This document shows, piece by piece, positions 48,984-58,553 of a stretch of 64,000 nt of DNA. A program made the translations under genes and the position numbers. The notes under the pieces were generated by a model. That model was not told where the DNA came from and ran no database searches. It saw nothing but the letters and a program-made list of their open reading frames with translations. Numbering within the stretch: position 1 is the first letter of the stretch; every line of letters starts with the position of its first letter. Source of the DNA: Candidatus Fimenecus sp. (GTDB lineage: Bacteria; Bacillota; Clostridia; Oscillospirales; Acutalibacteraceae); contig JAZOPS010000051.1 in NCBI GenBank assembly GCA_045655645.1, forward strand, positions 50,536 through 114,535, written 5' to 3'.

Positions 48984-49775
48984 TTAAAAAATATGTTTCC
49001 ATTTTTCACTTTTACGGAATGAAAAATAATCGTCACCATGACCTATGATTATATGGTCATTAAGTCTTATTCCAACAGCCTCAAGTGCGTCTGCCATATC
49101 AATTGTTGCATTTATATCTTTTGTTGATGGTGCTGTTATTCCAGACGGATGATTGTGCACAAGAATAACACTTGCAGCATTTGAAAGAATTGCATATTCT
49201 GTTATCTTTCGGTTATTTATCATTGTGGCATTGACTGTGCCTTCGCTGATTTTATCAAATCGCAACATTTTACAATTGATATCAAGACAAAGCAGCCAAA
49301 GTTCTTCTTGGGTTAATCCTTTAAAATGTGACGCAACATATTTGGCCACTAACTCTGAACTATTTAAACGAACTTCATCACGATTCAACTTATCTTTTTC
49401 ATATTCTCTAAATAATTCTGGCATCAATTTGATAAGTAAAGCACTTCGCTCACCTATCCCCTTTACTTTGCACAGTTCTTCATAATCAGCATCAAAAACC
49501 TCGGACAAAGAACCAAAACGATTTATTAAAGCATGTGCTTCTTCATTTGTATCTTTAACAGGAATACTATGAAAAAGCAACAATTCAAGTATATTATGGT
49601 CATGAAAATTTTCGAGACCTTCTTTTAAAAATCTTTCACGAATTCTTTGTCGATGCCCTTCATGAACGTTAGTTTTTTCTTTTTTCGGCTTTGATGGTTT
49701 CTTTAAAACATTACCCTCAATCGAAAGTTTTTCTCGTTTTTTATGTTCATACATATCAGGCGCTTTTCTTGCCAT
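48984..49775 (-). CDS. radC: RadC-family protein (JAB/MPN domain) with a Lys-rich N-terminal extension
   Basis: HhH-like segment ELCKVKGIGERSA and JAMM-like motif VILVHNHPSG. Confidence 0.85.
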   Translation of the reverse strand: MARKAPDMYEHKKREKLSIEGNVLKKPSKPKKEKTNVHEGHRQRIRERFLKEGLENFHDHNILELLLFHSIPVKDTNEEAHALINRFGSLSEVFDADYEELCKVKGIGERSALLIKLMPELFREYEKDKLNRDEVRLNSSELVAKYVASHFKGLTQEELWLLCLDINCKMLRFDKISEGTVNATMINNRKITEYAILSNAASVILVHNHPSGITAPSTKDINATIDMADALEAVGIRLNDHIIIGHGDDYFSFRKSEKWKHIF

Positions 49776-49777
49776 GG

Positions 49778-50323
49778 TTATTTAAACACCCTTTTTACAT
49801 ATTTTTGCCATCTTATTAAATATGCTGTGACTAATCTTGTTAATGCAATATCATAGAGCACAAAAACTATATTACCAACAAACAACAATCCTGGCAAAGC
49901 CCATTTACCCAAAAAATCAATATCATCAAAAGAAATCATAAACACTTTTGCTACGATTAAATATGAAACAATCATTGCAATATTAAATATGATATATTTT
50001 ATAATCCAAGATGTTATTCTGCCTGTTTTTCTTTCAATGAAACTCTTGATTATAGGGTAATACCCAAAGAATGCCGCATACATAACTGCGGCTTCTTTAT
50101 CTGCAACAACCAACAAAGAGAGAATTGATACAGCGACATATATAGCACTTGCAAACGCAGGGCTTATTTCAATAACGATGGCCATTAAAAGCCCACCACA
50201 TATTGCAGGAATGGCATAAGTAAGAGTCGGGATTAACCCCGTTGAAAACATTAACACTATTGATAAAGCAGCAATTATTCCACCAAATGCTGCTTTGAAC
50301 GAACGGAATTTATTATCTCTCAT
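49778..50323 (-). CDS. Hypothetical polytopic membrane protein (5-6 TM; ECF S-component-like in size and shape, family not recognised)
   Basis: 181 aa and hydrophobic throughout. Tightly packed between the J-like gene and radC. Confidence 0.5.
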   Translation of the reverse strand: MRDNKFRSFKAAFGGIIAALSIVLMFSTGLIPTLTYAIPAICGGLLMAIVIEISPAFASAIYVAVSILSLLVVADKEAAVMYAAFFGYYPIIKSFIERKTGRITSWIIKYIIFNIAMIVSYLIVAKVFMISFDDIDFLGKWALPGLLFVGNIVFVLYDIALTRLVTAYLIRWQKYVKRVFK

Positions 50324-50324
50324 A

Positions 50325-50921
50325 TCAGCAACATGGGATTAAATCCCCACCCATACATTCACAACAACAGTCAGCACAGATTAAGCCCTGACAGATGTCG
50401 CAAGTGTCACAATCTGATGAATGACGAGATGTTCTGTAACCACCATTAGCATTTGTGTTCATTGAATTGAATGCTGCAGCATATTCGCTGTTTGATGGTT
50501 CCATTCTGCAAGCAGTCTGATAGCAACGATATGCTTCATTGAGCCAACCGCGACGCTGATGAATCATACCCTTTAAATAATGCCACTCAGCTGAGCGCAT
50601 ATTATTAGGAATGCCATCAAGAATTGTTTCAGCATCATCAATTCTGCCGCTGTTTATTCTCTGTCTAACATCAAAAAACTGTGATGTGCCTTGATTATAA
50701 GAAGAATTTGAATTATTATAATAAGCTCCCGTGCCCCTTATCTCATTGAGAACATAGTCATAAGCCTCGTTAAGCTCATTCATTCGGAATGCTTTTTCTT
50801 CATCTGTTCCTGATGAATTTTGGATGCTTGCTGCAATACTTCTATAAGCATCCATAACCTGTTGTTCGGTTGCGTTTCGGTTTAAACCGAGGTATTCGTA
50901 AGGATTAGTCACTCTTCTCAC
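50325..50921 (-). CDS. J-domain-like / TPR-like protein with a C-terminal Cys-cluster tail
   Basis: The N-terminus NPYEYLGLNRNATEQQVMDAYRSIA resembles J-domain helices I and II, but no HPD tripeptide follows. TPR-like middle region (AEWHYLKGMIHQRRGWLNEAYRCYQTA). Tail CDTCDICQGLICADCCCECMGGDLIPCC. Confidence 0.65.
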   Translation of the reverse strand: MRRVTNPYEYLGLNRNATEQQVMDAYRSIAASIQNSSGTDEEKAFRMNELNEAYDYVLNEIRGTGAYYNNSNSSYNQGTSQFFDVRQRINSGRIDDAETILDGIPNNMRSAEWHYLKGMIHQRRGWLNEAYRCYQTACRMEPSNSEYAAAFNSMNTNANGGYRTSRHSSDCDTCDICQGLICADCCCECMGGDLIPCC

Positions 50922-51750
50922 CTCTGTATTTTTGGATAATTCTTTCCAACTGATAGTTCAAACCGTCATAAACGATATTATCTATAATCGGTGTGAACCT
51001 ATTGAATGTTACATTTTGCATTACTGTTGTAAGCTCGCCAACAGATAGCCTTATTGAGATTTTTGCGTCTTCTTCTATATTCTGTGAATTCTTGAACGGA
51101 TTAAACGAGCCTAACTTTATATCGTCTTTGTAATCGTCAAAAGCATCAAGAAAATAGACAACACGACCTAATTGATAGCCAAACTTTCGGCTTTTTTCTG
51201 CTAATTCTTCGTCTTCGTCAAAAGAGAATAACCAAGCAAGCATTTTAGCCGTCGGGTCTGCTGATTTATCAAGGCTTATTTCATTATCTTTCTCGACTTC
51301 AAACTGCTCTTGCATTCCCTTTTCAATTGTTTTGTAAACTTTGGGTTGCTTTTTGATTGCTTTATTTTTAAGCAAAACAAAATAAGGCAAGAGAAAATAC
51401 AAAAACAACTTTTTAAATGTTTTGCTATCGTTAAGATTATCTTTTAGTTTAAAATATGCCAGAATTACTGTGATGGCGCTTGCTTTTTTATAGACATCAC
51501 TATAACAAGTGATTTTTAAACATTTTTTGCAAGGATTAAATGTGCAACGGGATTGTTCGGCATTTGTTTTAACATTTCTTATCCCCATTTTATAGAGCAC
51601 ATAAAAAGCACCGTCATAGCTTAAAAGAAATCGTGACAAGAGCCCATATTCTTTGCCCATTTCTTTGCAAAGGGTACAATAAACACCCTTATAGGCTTCA
51701 TAATCTTTAATTTTAAGTTCAGGTTTATAAGCAGTTACATATCCGAACAT
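50905..51750 (-). CDS. DUF5685-family protein
   Basis: The N-terminus MFGYVTAYKPELKIKDYEAYKGVYCTLCKEMGKEYG matches my recollection of DUF5685. It overlaps the downstream J-like gene by 17 nt. Confidence 0.6.
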   Translation of the reverse strand: MFGYVTAYKPELKIKDYEAYKGVYCTLCKEMGKEYGLLSRFLLSYDGAFYVLYKMGIRNVKTNAEQSRCTFNPCKKCLKITCYSDVYKKASAITVILAYFKLKDNLNDSKTFKKLFLYFLLPYFVLLKNKAIKKQPKVYKTIEKGMQEQFEVEKDNEISLDKSADPTAKMLAWLFSFDEDEELAEKSRKFGYQLGRVVYFLDAFDDYKDDIKLGSFNPFKNSQNIEEDAKISIRLSVGELTTVMQNVTFNRFTPIIDNIVYDGLNYQLERIIQKYRGEKSD

Positions 51751-51753
51751 AAA

Positions 51754-52620
51754 TTATTTTGAAATCCCCTTTAATACGGTTTTTGCAACAAATGGTTTGT
51801 TCATTGTATAAATGTGAATGCCGTTAACACCATTTTCTAAAAGTTCGTTAATTTGTGTTATTGCATAGTCAAGACCTGCTTTTTCAAGGTCGGTTGGACT
51901 ATCTTTATATTTTTCAAGGAAGTCACTCACCTTTTCAGGAATTTTTGTGCCTGAAAGGCTAATGATACGGTCAATTTGCTTTATATTAGTTATTGGCATT
52001 ATTCCCGCAAATATGGGTGCGTAAATTCCCTTTTTTCTAACCTTTTCTAAAAAATCATAGAAGATTTTGTTATCATAGAAAAGTTGCGTAATAAAGAAAT
52101 CAACACCACAATCAAATTTGATTTTCAAGTTATCAATATCTTTTTCTAAACTATCACATTCAGGGTGGCATTCGGGATAACATGCACCACCGATATCAAA
52201 ATAACCATATTCTTTTATGTGTGAAACCAAATCACTTGCATAAGTATAATATTCACCTTGGGGTTTCACGAAGTCTTTAGGAATATCGCCACGCATAGCG
52301 AGAATATTATCAATATTGTTTTCTTTAAGTGTGTTGAGAATACTGTCGATTTTATCTTTTGGAGTTGATGCACAAGTTAAGTGTGCCAATGCCGTTGTGT
52401 CTAACTTATTTTTAATGAGTGATGCGATTTTTGTTGTATACTGGCTTGTGCCACCGCCTGCACCATAAGTAACACTCATAAAATCGGGATTAAAAGCAGC
52501 TAATTCACGAACTGACCATTCAATGCTGTCAAATGCAGAGTCAGTTTTTGGAGGAAAAACCTCAAAGGAAACTAACTGGTCTTTAACCATAAGTTTTTCA
52601 GTAATTCTCATATCATTCAC
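51754..52620 (-). CDS. metF: 5,10-methylenetetrahydrofolate reductase
   Basis: Motifs FEVFPPKT, SVTYGAGG and AHLTC. 288 aa. AAGGTGA RBS. Confidence 0.88.
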   Translation of the reverse strand: MNDMRITEKLMVKDQLVSFEVFPPKTDSAFDSIEWSVRELAAFNPDFMSVTYGAGGGTSQYTTKIASLIKNKLDTTALAHLTCASTPKDKIDSILNTLKENNIDNILAMRGDIPKDFVKPQGEYYTYASDLVSHIKEYGYFDIGGACYPECHPECDSLEKDIDNLKIKFDCGVDFFITQLFYDNKIFYDFLEKVRKKGIYAPIFAGIMPITNIKQIDRIISLSGTKIPEKVSDFLEKYKDSPTDLEKAGLDYAITQINELLENGVNGIHIYTMNKPFVAKTVLKGISK

Positions 52621-52688
52621 CTTGAATTATAATAGCATATTTGAAAAATTTTAGCAAGATAATGATTATTTATTTACATATTATTTAC

Positions 52689-52720
52689 AAAAAAGAGGGC
52701 GATTGGTGAATCGCCCCTAC
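52689..52720 (-). terminator. Intrinsic terminator after the GltD-fusion gene
   Basis: GGGCGATT (52697-52704) pairs with AATCGCCC (52709-52716), with a T-run on the minus strand (52694-52689). Confidence 0.8.
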
Positions 52721-52724
52721 AATA

Positions 52725-55355
52725 TTATTTAAAAAGTTTGCTTGCGTTGATGATGTCGTCGTTTATGACTTTGCCTGTTGGAGTTGCATTGACTGCTTTT
52801 TCTGCTTCGGCAGTTAAGTCACTATATGGTGAGTAGAGTTTGTTGTTTACATATTCTGCAGAGCTAACGCTATTAAAGATTGCGTTTTGCACTCTCTTGT
52901 TACCATATTTATCAAAGAATGTTCCGTTTTCACAATATGTGGAAGTTTCAATTGCATTTTCACATTCCCCATTATACTGTGGAACACTAAGCTTTGAAAT
53001 TGCGTAGTAGTTTGCATCTGTTTCTTTGGCAGTTGTAAAGATTTGCTTTTTATTTTCTTCTGCATACTTTTTAAGAACAAAGGCTGTTTCTGTTGAAGTT
53101 CTGCCACTTATTACGATTGTATCATTTTTAAGTAATGCATCGAAATCAATTGTTTGTTTTTGCTCGTTGAGTACGCCAAAACGACCACCTTTACAAAGAA
53201 TACCATTGCCAACAGGTAATGCTCGGGTAACAGTTGAGCCAATATAACGATAATCAATATCGCAAAGGTTTGAACAGTTTGTGCAAATACTGATTTTTGA
53301 ATTTTCTTTAACAGAAACACTCTTTGTAAATGAAGTTTTTTCGCGTAATGCACCTGTTGGGCAGAGTGCAACGCATTGACCACAAGCAATACATTCAGTT
53401 TCTTTGAGATGTTTACCTAACTCTGGCTCAACAAAGGTGTTAAATCCGCGGTTTATAAGTCCGATTGCGGATTTGCCCATAACTTCTTCGCAAACTCTTA
53501 CACAAAGTCCGCAAAGGATGCATTTATCTGTATTTCTACTGATTAAATCATTTGCATTTTCCTGATTACGGTTATGCTTTTCACCTGCAAATCTTGATGG
53601 CTTTACATCATAATCATTTGCATAGGAAATAAGTTTACATTCAAAGTAATCGTGACAACCACATTCAAGGCAACGATTTGCCTCTTTTTTAGCCTGTTCT
53701 TCGGTGAAACCGAAATTCACTTCTTTAAAGTTTGTTTTTCTGTCGGTAGGTGCCATGTGTGGCATTTTTGCTCTTGAAGATTTTTCATATTTCGAATAAT
53801 CAATAGCGTTGCTATTCTGCTCAACAAAATATGGCTTCTTGTATCCTATTGTTTCGCCGTTTAAATATCTGTCGATTACAACGGATGCTTTCTGAGCCTC
53901 ACCGATTGCTGCGATTGCAATATCAGCACCCTTATTTGTAGCATCACCTACTGCAAACACGCCGTCAAGTGATGTTGTAAATCGGCTTTCATCTGCTGAA
54001 ATTGTATTTTTACGAGTTGCTTCAAGGCTTTCAAAACCGTTAAGATTCGGATACTGACCGATTGCCATAATCACTGAATCAAGCTCGATTGTTTCGGTTG
54101 CGCCTTCAATTGCAACAGGTCTGCGACGACCACTTTCGTCAGGCTCGCCGAGTTCCATTTTTTGGAGTACAACGCCGTTGAGTTTACCATTTTCGCCTGT
54201 AAATTCAATAGGATTTGTAAGGAATTTATATACTACGCCCTCTTCTTCTGACTCAAGAATTTCTTGAGGATCAGCAGGCATTTCGTCCTTTGTACGACGA
54301 TAAATAACATAAACATTTTCTGCACCAAGACGCACAGCAACACGGCAAGCGTCCATTGCTGTGTTACCGCCACCGCAGACTGCAACATTTTTACCGATTT
54401 TAGGTCTATTACCAAGGGCAACTTCACGAAGGAAGTCGATTCCACCCCATACGCCGTCAAGGTCTTCACCCTGAACTCGCATTTTACTGCTGTTCCAAGC
54501 ACCGATTGCAACAAGAGTCGCATGAAAATCATTCTTAATTTCTTCAAATGTGATGTCTTTACCGATATTTACGTTGTTTTTGAGTGTAACACCCATATCT
54601 TCAATAAGCTTGATTTCTTTATCAAGAACTGCTTTTGGAAGTCTGTATTCAGGGATACCATAACGAAGCATACCGCCCATTTTTGGCATCTGTTCAAATA
54701 CAGTTACACTGTGTCCCTGTTTACAAAGGAAATATGCTGCTGTAAGACCTGCAGGGCCACCACCGATAATTGCAACTTTTTTGTTTGTATTAGGTTCGAT
54801 TTCAGGAATATATGTTTCACCGTGCAAGTCCATATCGGCAACAAAACTTTTAAGAAATGCGATTGAAATCGGCTCATCAACATACTGTCTGCGACATTGT
54901 TTTTCACAAGGATGAGGACAAATTCTGCCGATTGATGCAGGAAGCGGCAATTTTTCTTTAATAAGCTTAACTGCCTCTGTATATTCACCGTTAGCAATAA
55001 GTCCAACATATCCCTGACAGTTTGTTCCTGCAGGACAAGCCTTACTGCAAGGTGCAACACAGTCGCCTGTATGGTCAGAGAGTAAAAGTTCAAGAGCAAC
55101 CTTTCGTGATGCCTTTACTCGTTCAGTCTGTGTATGTACTACCATACCTTCAGCTACTTTTGTTGAACAAGCACGAAGGAGTTTCGGAATACCCTCAACC
55201 TCAACTGTACACAGTCCACAAGCACCGTAAAGTTCAACTCTGCCATCATAACAGAGATTAGGAATTTTTATTCCGTTCTGTGTGGCAACATTGAGTATTG
55301 TTGAGCCTTCTTGTGCTTCTATCTTTTTTCCGTCAATAGTTAATGTAATACTCAA
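52725..55355 (-). CDS. Multidomain iron-sulfur flavoprotein: 2Fe-2S ferredoxin module, GltD/NfnB-like FAD/NAD(P)H oxidoreductase, and NuoG/FdhA-like Fe-S modules (StnC-like)
   Basis: N-terminal 2Fe-2S module (CYDGRVELYGACGLCTV...LRACST). GltD-type Fe-S site (CPHPCEKQCRR). Two Rossmann motifs (VAIIGGGPAGLTAA and VAVCGGGNTAMDA). C-terminal 4Fe-4S motifs (CILCGLCVRVC, CIACGQCVALCP) and a Molybdop_Fe4S4-like segment (ICTNCSNLCD). No molybdopterin or H-cluster domain. Confidence 0.75.
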   Translation of the reverse strand: MSITLTIDGKKIEAQEGSTILNVATQNGIKIPNLCYDGRVELYGACGLCTVEVEGIPKLLRACSTKVAEGMVVHTQTERVKASRKVALELLLSDHTGDCVAPCSKACPAGTNCQGYVGLIANGEYTEAVKLIKEKLPLPASIGRICPHPCEKQCRRQYVDEPISIAFLKSFVADMDLHGETYIPEIEPNTNKKVAIIGGGPAGLTAAYFLCKQGHSVTVFEQMPKMGGMLRYGIPEYRLPKAVLDKEIKLIEDMGVTLKNNVNIGKDITFEEIKNDFHATLVAIGAWNSSKMRVQGEDLDGVWGGIDFLREVALGNRPKIGKNVAVCGGGNTAMDACRVAVRLGAENVYVIYRRTKDEMPADPQEILESEEEGVVYKFLTNPIEFTGENGKLNGVVLQKMELGEPDESGRRRPVAIEGATETIELDSVIMAIGQYPNLNGFESLEATRKNTISADESRFTTSLDGVFAVGDATNKGADIAIAAIGEAQKASVVIDRYLNGETIGYKKPYFVEQNSNAIDYSKYEKSSRAKMPHMAPTDRKTNFKEVNFGFTEEQAKKEANRCLECGCHDYFECKLISYANDYDVKPSRFAGEKHNRNQENANDLISRNTDKCILCGLCVRVCEEVMGKSAIGLINRGFNTFVEPELGKHLKETECIACGQCVALCPTGALREKTSFTKSVSVKENSKISICTNCSNLCDIDYRYIGSTVTRALPVGNGILCKGGRFGVLNEQKQTIDFDALLKNDTIVISGRTSTETAFVLKKYAEENKKQIFTTAKETDANYYAISKLSVPQYNGECENAIETSTYCENGTFFDKYGNKRVQNAIFNSVSSAEYVNNKLYSPYSDLTAEAEKAVNATPTGKVINDDIINASKLFK

Positions 55356-57101
55356 TTATTTCACCTCCACAGCATTAAAGCGACAAACTGATACACAGTT
55401 GCCACATTTAATACATTTTTCCATATCAATAACATGAGCATTTTTGACTGTTCCGCTGATTGCACCAACAGGACATTTCTTTGCACAGAGTGTACAGCCT
55501 TTACAAGCATCTGCATTAATTTCAAACCTGAGAAGACTTGTACATTCGTGTGCAGCACATTTTTTATCGACAATATGCTCAACATATTCGTTTTTAAAGT
55601 ATTTCAAAGTTGTAAGAACAGGGTTTGGCGCTGTCTGACCAAGTCCACACAATGCACCGTCTTTAATTGCAAGACAAAGTTCTTCTAAAAGTTCAATGTC
55701 TTCTTCCTTACCGTTACCCTCTGTAATACGAGTAAGAATTTCAAGCATACGCTTTGTACCCAGACGACAATGAACACATTTACCACAAGATTCTTTTGCA
55801 GTAAAATCAAGGAAAAAACGAGCCATTTCAACCATGCAAGTGCTGTCATCCATAACAACCATGCCGCCTGAACCCATAATTGCACCAGTAGCCGATAATG
55901 CTTTATAGTCAATTACGGTATCAAGTAATTCGGCAGGGATACAACCACCTGACGGGCCACCCATCTGTACAGCCTTGAAGTTTTTGTCATTTTTGATACC
56001 GCCACCGATGTCAAAAATAACATCGCGTAAGGTTTTACCCATTGGGATTTCAACAAGTCCACCGCGTTTGATTTTACCTGTAAGAGCAAAAACCTTTGTA
56101 CCCTTGCTCTTTTCTGTACCCATTGATGAGAAAGCGTTTCCACCGTTGAGTATAATCCAACTTACATTAGCAAATGTTTCAACATTATTGATATTTGATG
56201 GTTTGTGCCAATAACCTGACTGTGCAGGGAATGGTGGTTTAAGTCGAGGCATACCACGAGAACCTTCAAGAGACTCAATAAGTGCTGTCTCTTCACCACA
56301 TACAAATGCACCTGCACCTGCTTTGATTCTAAAATCGCAAGAAAATGAAGTACCCATAATATTCTTACCGATAAAACCATTTGCTTTGGCTTGGTCGATA
56401 GCATTTTGTAATCTGCGAATTGCGAGTGGATATTCTGCTCGGACATAGACGATTGCTTCACTAGCACCTATTGCATAAGCACCGATGAGCATACCTTCAA
56501 TAAGGTTGTGTGGGTCACTCTCTATAACTGCTCTGTCCATAAATGCACCCGGGTCACCCTCGTCAGCATTACAAATTAGATATTTTGTTTCGTCCTTTGA
56601 CTGACGGGCAGCATTCCACTTAAACCATGTAGGGAAACCTGCACCACCACGACCTGCAAGACCTGAAATCTTGATTTCTTCGATTACATCTTCAGGTGAC
56701 ATTGTTGTAAGGACTTTTTGGAGTGCCTTATATCCGTCGTCGTTTGTATAATCCTCAATGATTTCAGGGTTAATCACACCACAATGACGGAGAGCAATTC
56801 TTGTCTGCTTATCCAAAAAAGATTTATCATCGTCGCTTATTTCATATTCATTTACCGATATTAAATCATTGCTATTAACTGCATTTGCGATTTTCTCTGC
56901 AATTTCACTGTTAACTTTTACAAATCTGTGAAGTCCGTCATCAGCATAAACATCAACGATAGGTTCGAGGTAGCACATACCAATACAACCAGTTACGGTA
57001 AGATGATTATTATTCAAATCAAGGGTTGAATTTAAAATGTCATATACTTTTTGAGCACCTGCAGCAATACCACAACTGCCTTGTCCAACTGCTATTTTCA
57101 T
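55356..57101 (-). CDS. NuoF/HydB-like NAD(H)-binding FMN iron-sulfur subunit
   Basis: N-terminal thioredoxin-like 2Fe-2S module, GLAGRGGAGFPT, a SLBB domain, ESCGKCVHCR (N3 cluster), and two C-terminal ferredoxin motifs (CKGCTLCAKKCP, CIKCGNCVSVC). Confidence 0.88.
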   Translation of the reverse strand: MKIAVGQGSCGIAAGAQKVYDILNSTLDLNNNHLTVTGCIGMCYLEPIVDVYADDGLHRFVKVNSEIAEKIANAVNSNDLISVNEYEISDDDKSFLDKQTRIALRHCGVINPEIIEDYTNDDGYKALQKVLTTMSPEDVIEEIKISGLAGRGGAGFPTWFKWNAARQSKDETKYLICNADEGDPGAFMDRAVIESDPHNLIEGMLIGAYAIGASEAIVYVRAEYPLAIRRLQNAIDQAKANGFIGKNIMGTSFSCDFRIKAGAGAFVCGEETALIESLEGSRGMPRLKPPFPAQSGYWHKPSNINNVETFANVSWIILNGGNAFSSMGTEKSKGTKVFALTGKIKRGGLVEIPMGKTLRDVIFDIGGGIKNDKNFKAVQMGGPSGGCIPAELLDTVIDYKALSATGAIMGSGGMVVMDDSTCMVEMARFFLDFTAKESCGKCVHCRLGTKRMLEILTRITEGNGKEEDIELLEELCLAIKDGALCGLGQTAPNPVLTTLKYFKNEYVEHIVDKKCAAHECTSLLRFEINADACKGCTLCAKKCPVGAISGTVKNAHVIDMEKCIKCGNCVSVCRFNAVEVK

Positions 57102-57592
57102 TCTGCATTCTCCCCTTTCTGTAATTCTTTGAAAATGCTGATTACTTTTTCAGGAGTGAGAGAACCATAAGTTTCATCGTTAATCATCATTACAGGTGAT
57201 AAACTGCAGCAACCTAAACATGCTACATTTTTAAGTGTAAAAAGTCCGTCAGCAGTTGTTTCGCCGTCTTTAATACCTAAATATTCATTGATTGTTTTTT
57301 CAATCTGCAATGAGCCGTTAACATGGCACGCTGTACCCTGACAAAGCATAATAAGATATTTACCCACAGGCTGTAAACGGAACTGTGAATAGAATGTTGC
57401 AACACCCATAATTTTTGTTACTTTAATCCCTGTTCTTTGAGAGATATATAAAATCACATCAACAGGCAAATATCCATAAATATCCTGTGCATTCTGTAAT
57501 ATAGTAATAAGGCTACCTGCTACGGTGGCATATTTTTCTAAACAAGGTTCAAGAAGTGAAAAATCATTGTTTTTCTGACAGTTGCAGTTCAT
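57098..57592 (-). CDS. NuoE/HydC-like thioredoxin-fold 2Fe-2S subunit
   Basis: CQGTACHVNG ... CLGCCSLSP cluster motif. 4-nt overlap with the nuoF-like gene. Confidence 0.88.
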   Translation of the reverse strand: MNCNCQKNNDFSLLEPCLEKYATVAGSLITILQNAQDIYGYLPVDVILYISQRTGIKVTKIMGVATFYSQFRLQPVGKYLIMLCQGTACHVNGSLQIEKTINEYLGIKDGETTADGLFTLKNVACLGCCSLSPVMMINDETYGSLTPEKVISIFKELQKGENAE

Positions 57593-57742
57593 AACAAACC
57601 TCCGAAAATTAAACTATATATATAATAATATAATCCACTTATTTTTTCAAATATAAAATGTTGTAAATGTGAAAAAAATATCGACTTTATGAAGAAAAAA
57701 GTATATAATAAATATAAACAAATTTATGAATGGGGAATTATT

Positions 57743-58423
57743 TTGAAAAAGTATTTATATGAAATGCATTTTCACACAAAAAACACAAGTAACTGTGCCA
57801 ATGTGCCAGCAGAAATTGCAGTTGAAGAATATATTAAAGCAGGATATGACGGGATTATTGTTACTGACCATTTGAGTCCATCAACTTATATGAATTTCGG
57901 TCGTGAATTGATGTCTTGGAAGAAAAAAGTTGACTTTTTCTTGCGTGGTTATAAAAAAGCTCTTGAAACTGCAAACGGAAGAATAAATGTGCTTTTGGGT
58001 ATGGAATTAAGATTCAAAACAAGCGAGGGTGAAAACGATTATCTTGTTTATGGAATTACAGAAGAGTTTTTATATTCATACCCCAATTTGCTCAACATGA
58101 ACAGTAAAACTTTTTATAAATTAGCACAAAAAAATGGATTTTTAGTATTTCAGGCTCACCCATTCAGAGTTGGTATGAAAGTCACTAATCCAAAGTGTCT
58201 TGATGGTGTTGAAATCTTTAATGGTAACCCAAGACACAACTCAAGCAATGATATTGCCGAAATGTGGGCAAAAAAATATGACCTTATGGTCACATCAGGT
58301 TCGGATTACCATGAAATTGAAGATTTGGGGTCTGGTGGAATATGGTTTAATAAAGAGATTAAGAATAATAAAACTTTAGTTGAAGAATTGTTAAAGAAAG
58401 ATTATGAAATAAAGAGAAAATAA
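57743..58423 (+). CDS. PHP-domain metal-dependent phosphoesterase
   Basis: EMHFHT motif at the N-terminus, later QAHPFR and SGSDYH. Start provisionally at TTG 57743 after GGGGA; the track ORF starts at 57689. Confidence 0.7.
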   Translation: MKKYLYEMHFHTKNTSNCANVPAEIAVEEYIKAGYDGIIVTDHLSPSTYMNFGRELMSWKKKVDFFLRGYKKALETANGRINVLLGMELRFKTSEGENDYLVYGITEEFLYSYPNLLNMNSKTFYKLAQKNGFLVFQAHPFRVGMKVTNPKCLDGVEIFNGNPRHNSSNDIAEMWAKKYDLMVTSGSDYHEIEDLGSGGIWFNKEIKNNKTLVEELLKKDYEIKRK

Positions 58424-58442
58424 AATTTGCGAGATTTTTGAC

Positions 58443-58473
58443 TGAGGGATAATTAATATCCCTCATTTTTTTT
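58443..58473 (+). terminator. Intrinsic terminator after the PHP gene
   Basis: TGAGGGATA (58443-58451) pairs with TATCCCTCA (58457-58465), followed by TTTTTTTT. Confidence 0.8.
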
Positions 58474-58505
58474 ACAAAAAACTTAAATCACGTATAAACA
58501 AGCAA

Positions 58506-58534
58506 GAAAAAAGGGACTTAAAAAAGTCCCTTTT
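58506..58534 (-). terminator. Intrinsic terminator after the LRR/dockerin gene
   Basis: AGGGACTT (58512-58519) pairs with AAGTCCCT (58524-58531), with a T-run on the minus strand. Confidence 0.75.
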
Positions 58535-58553
58535 ACATATAATTTTCAATTTA

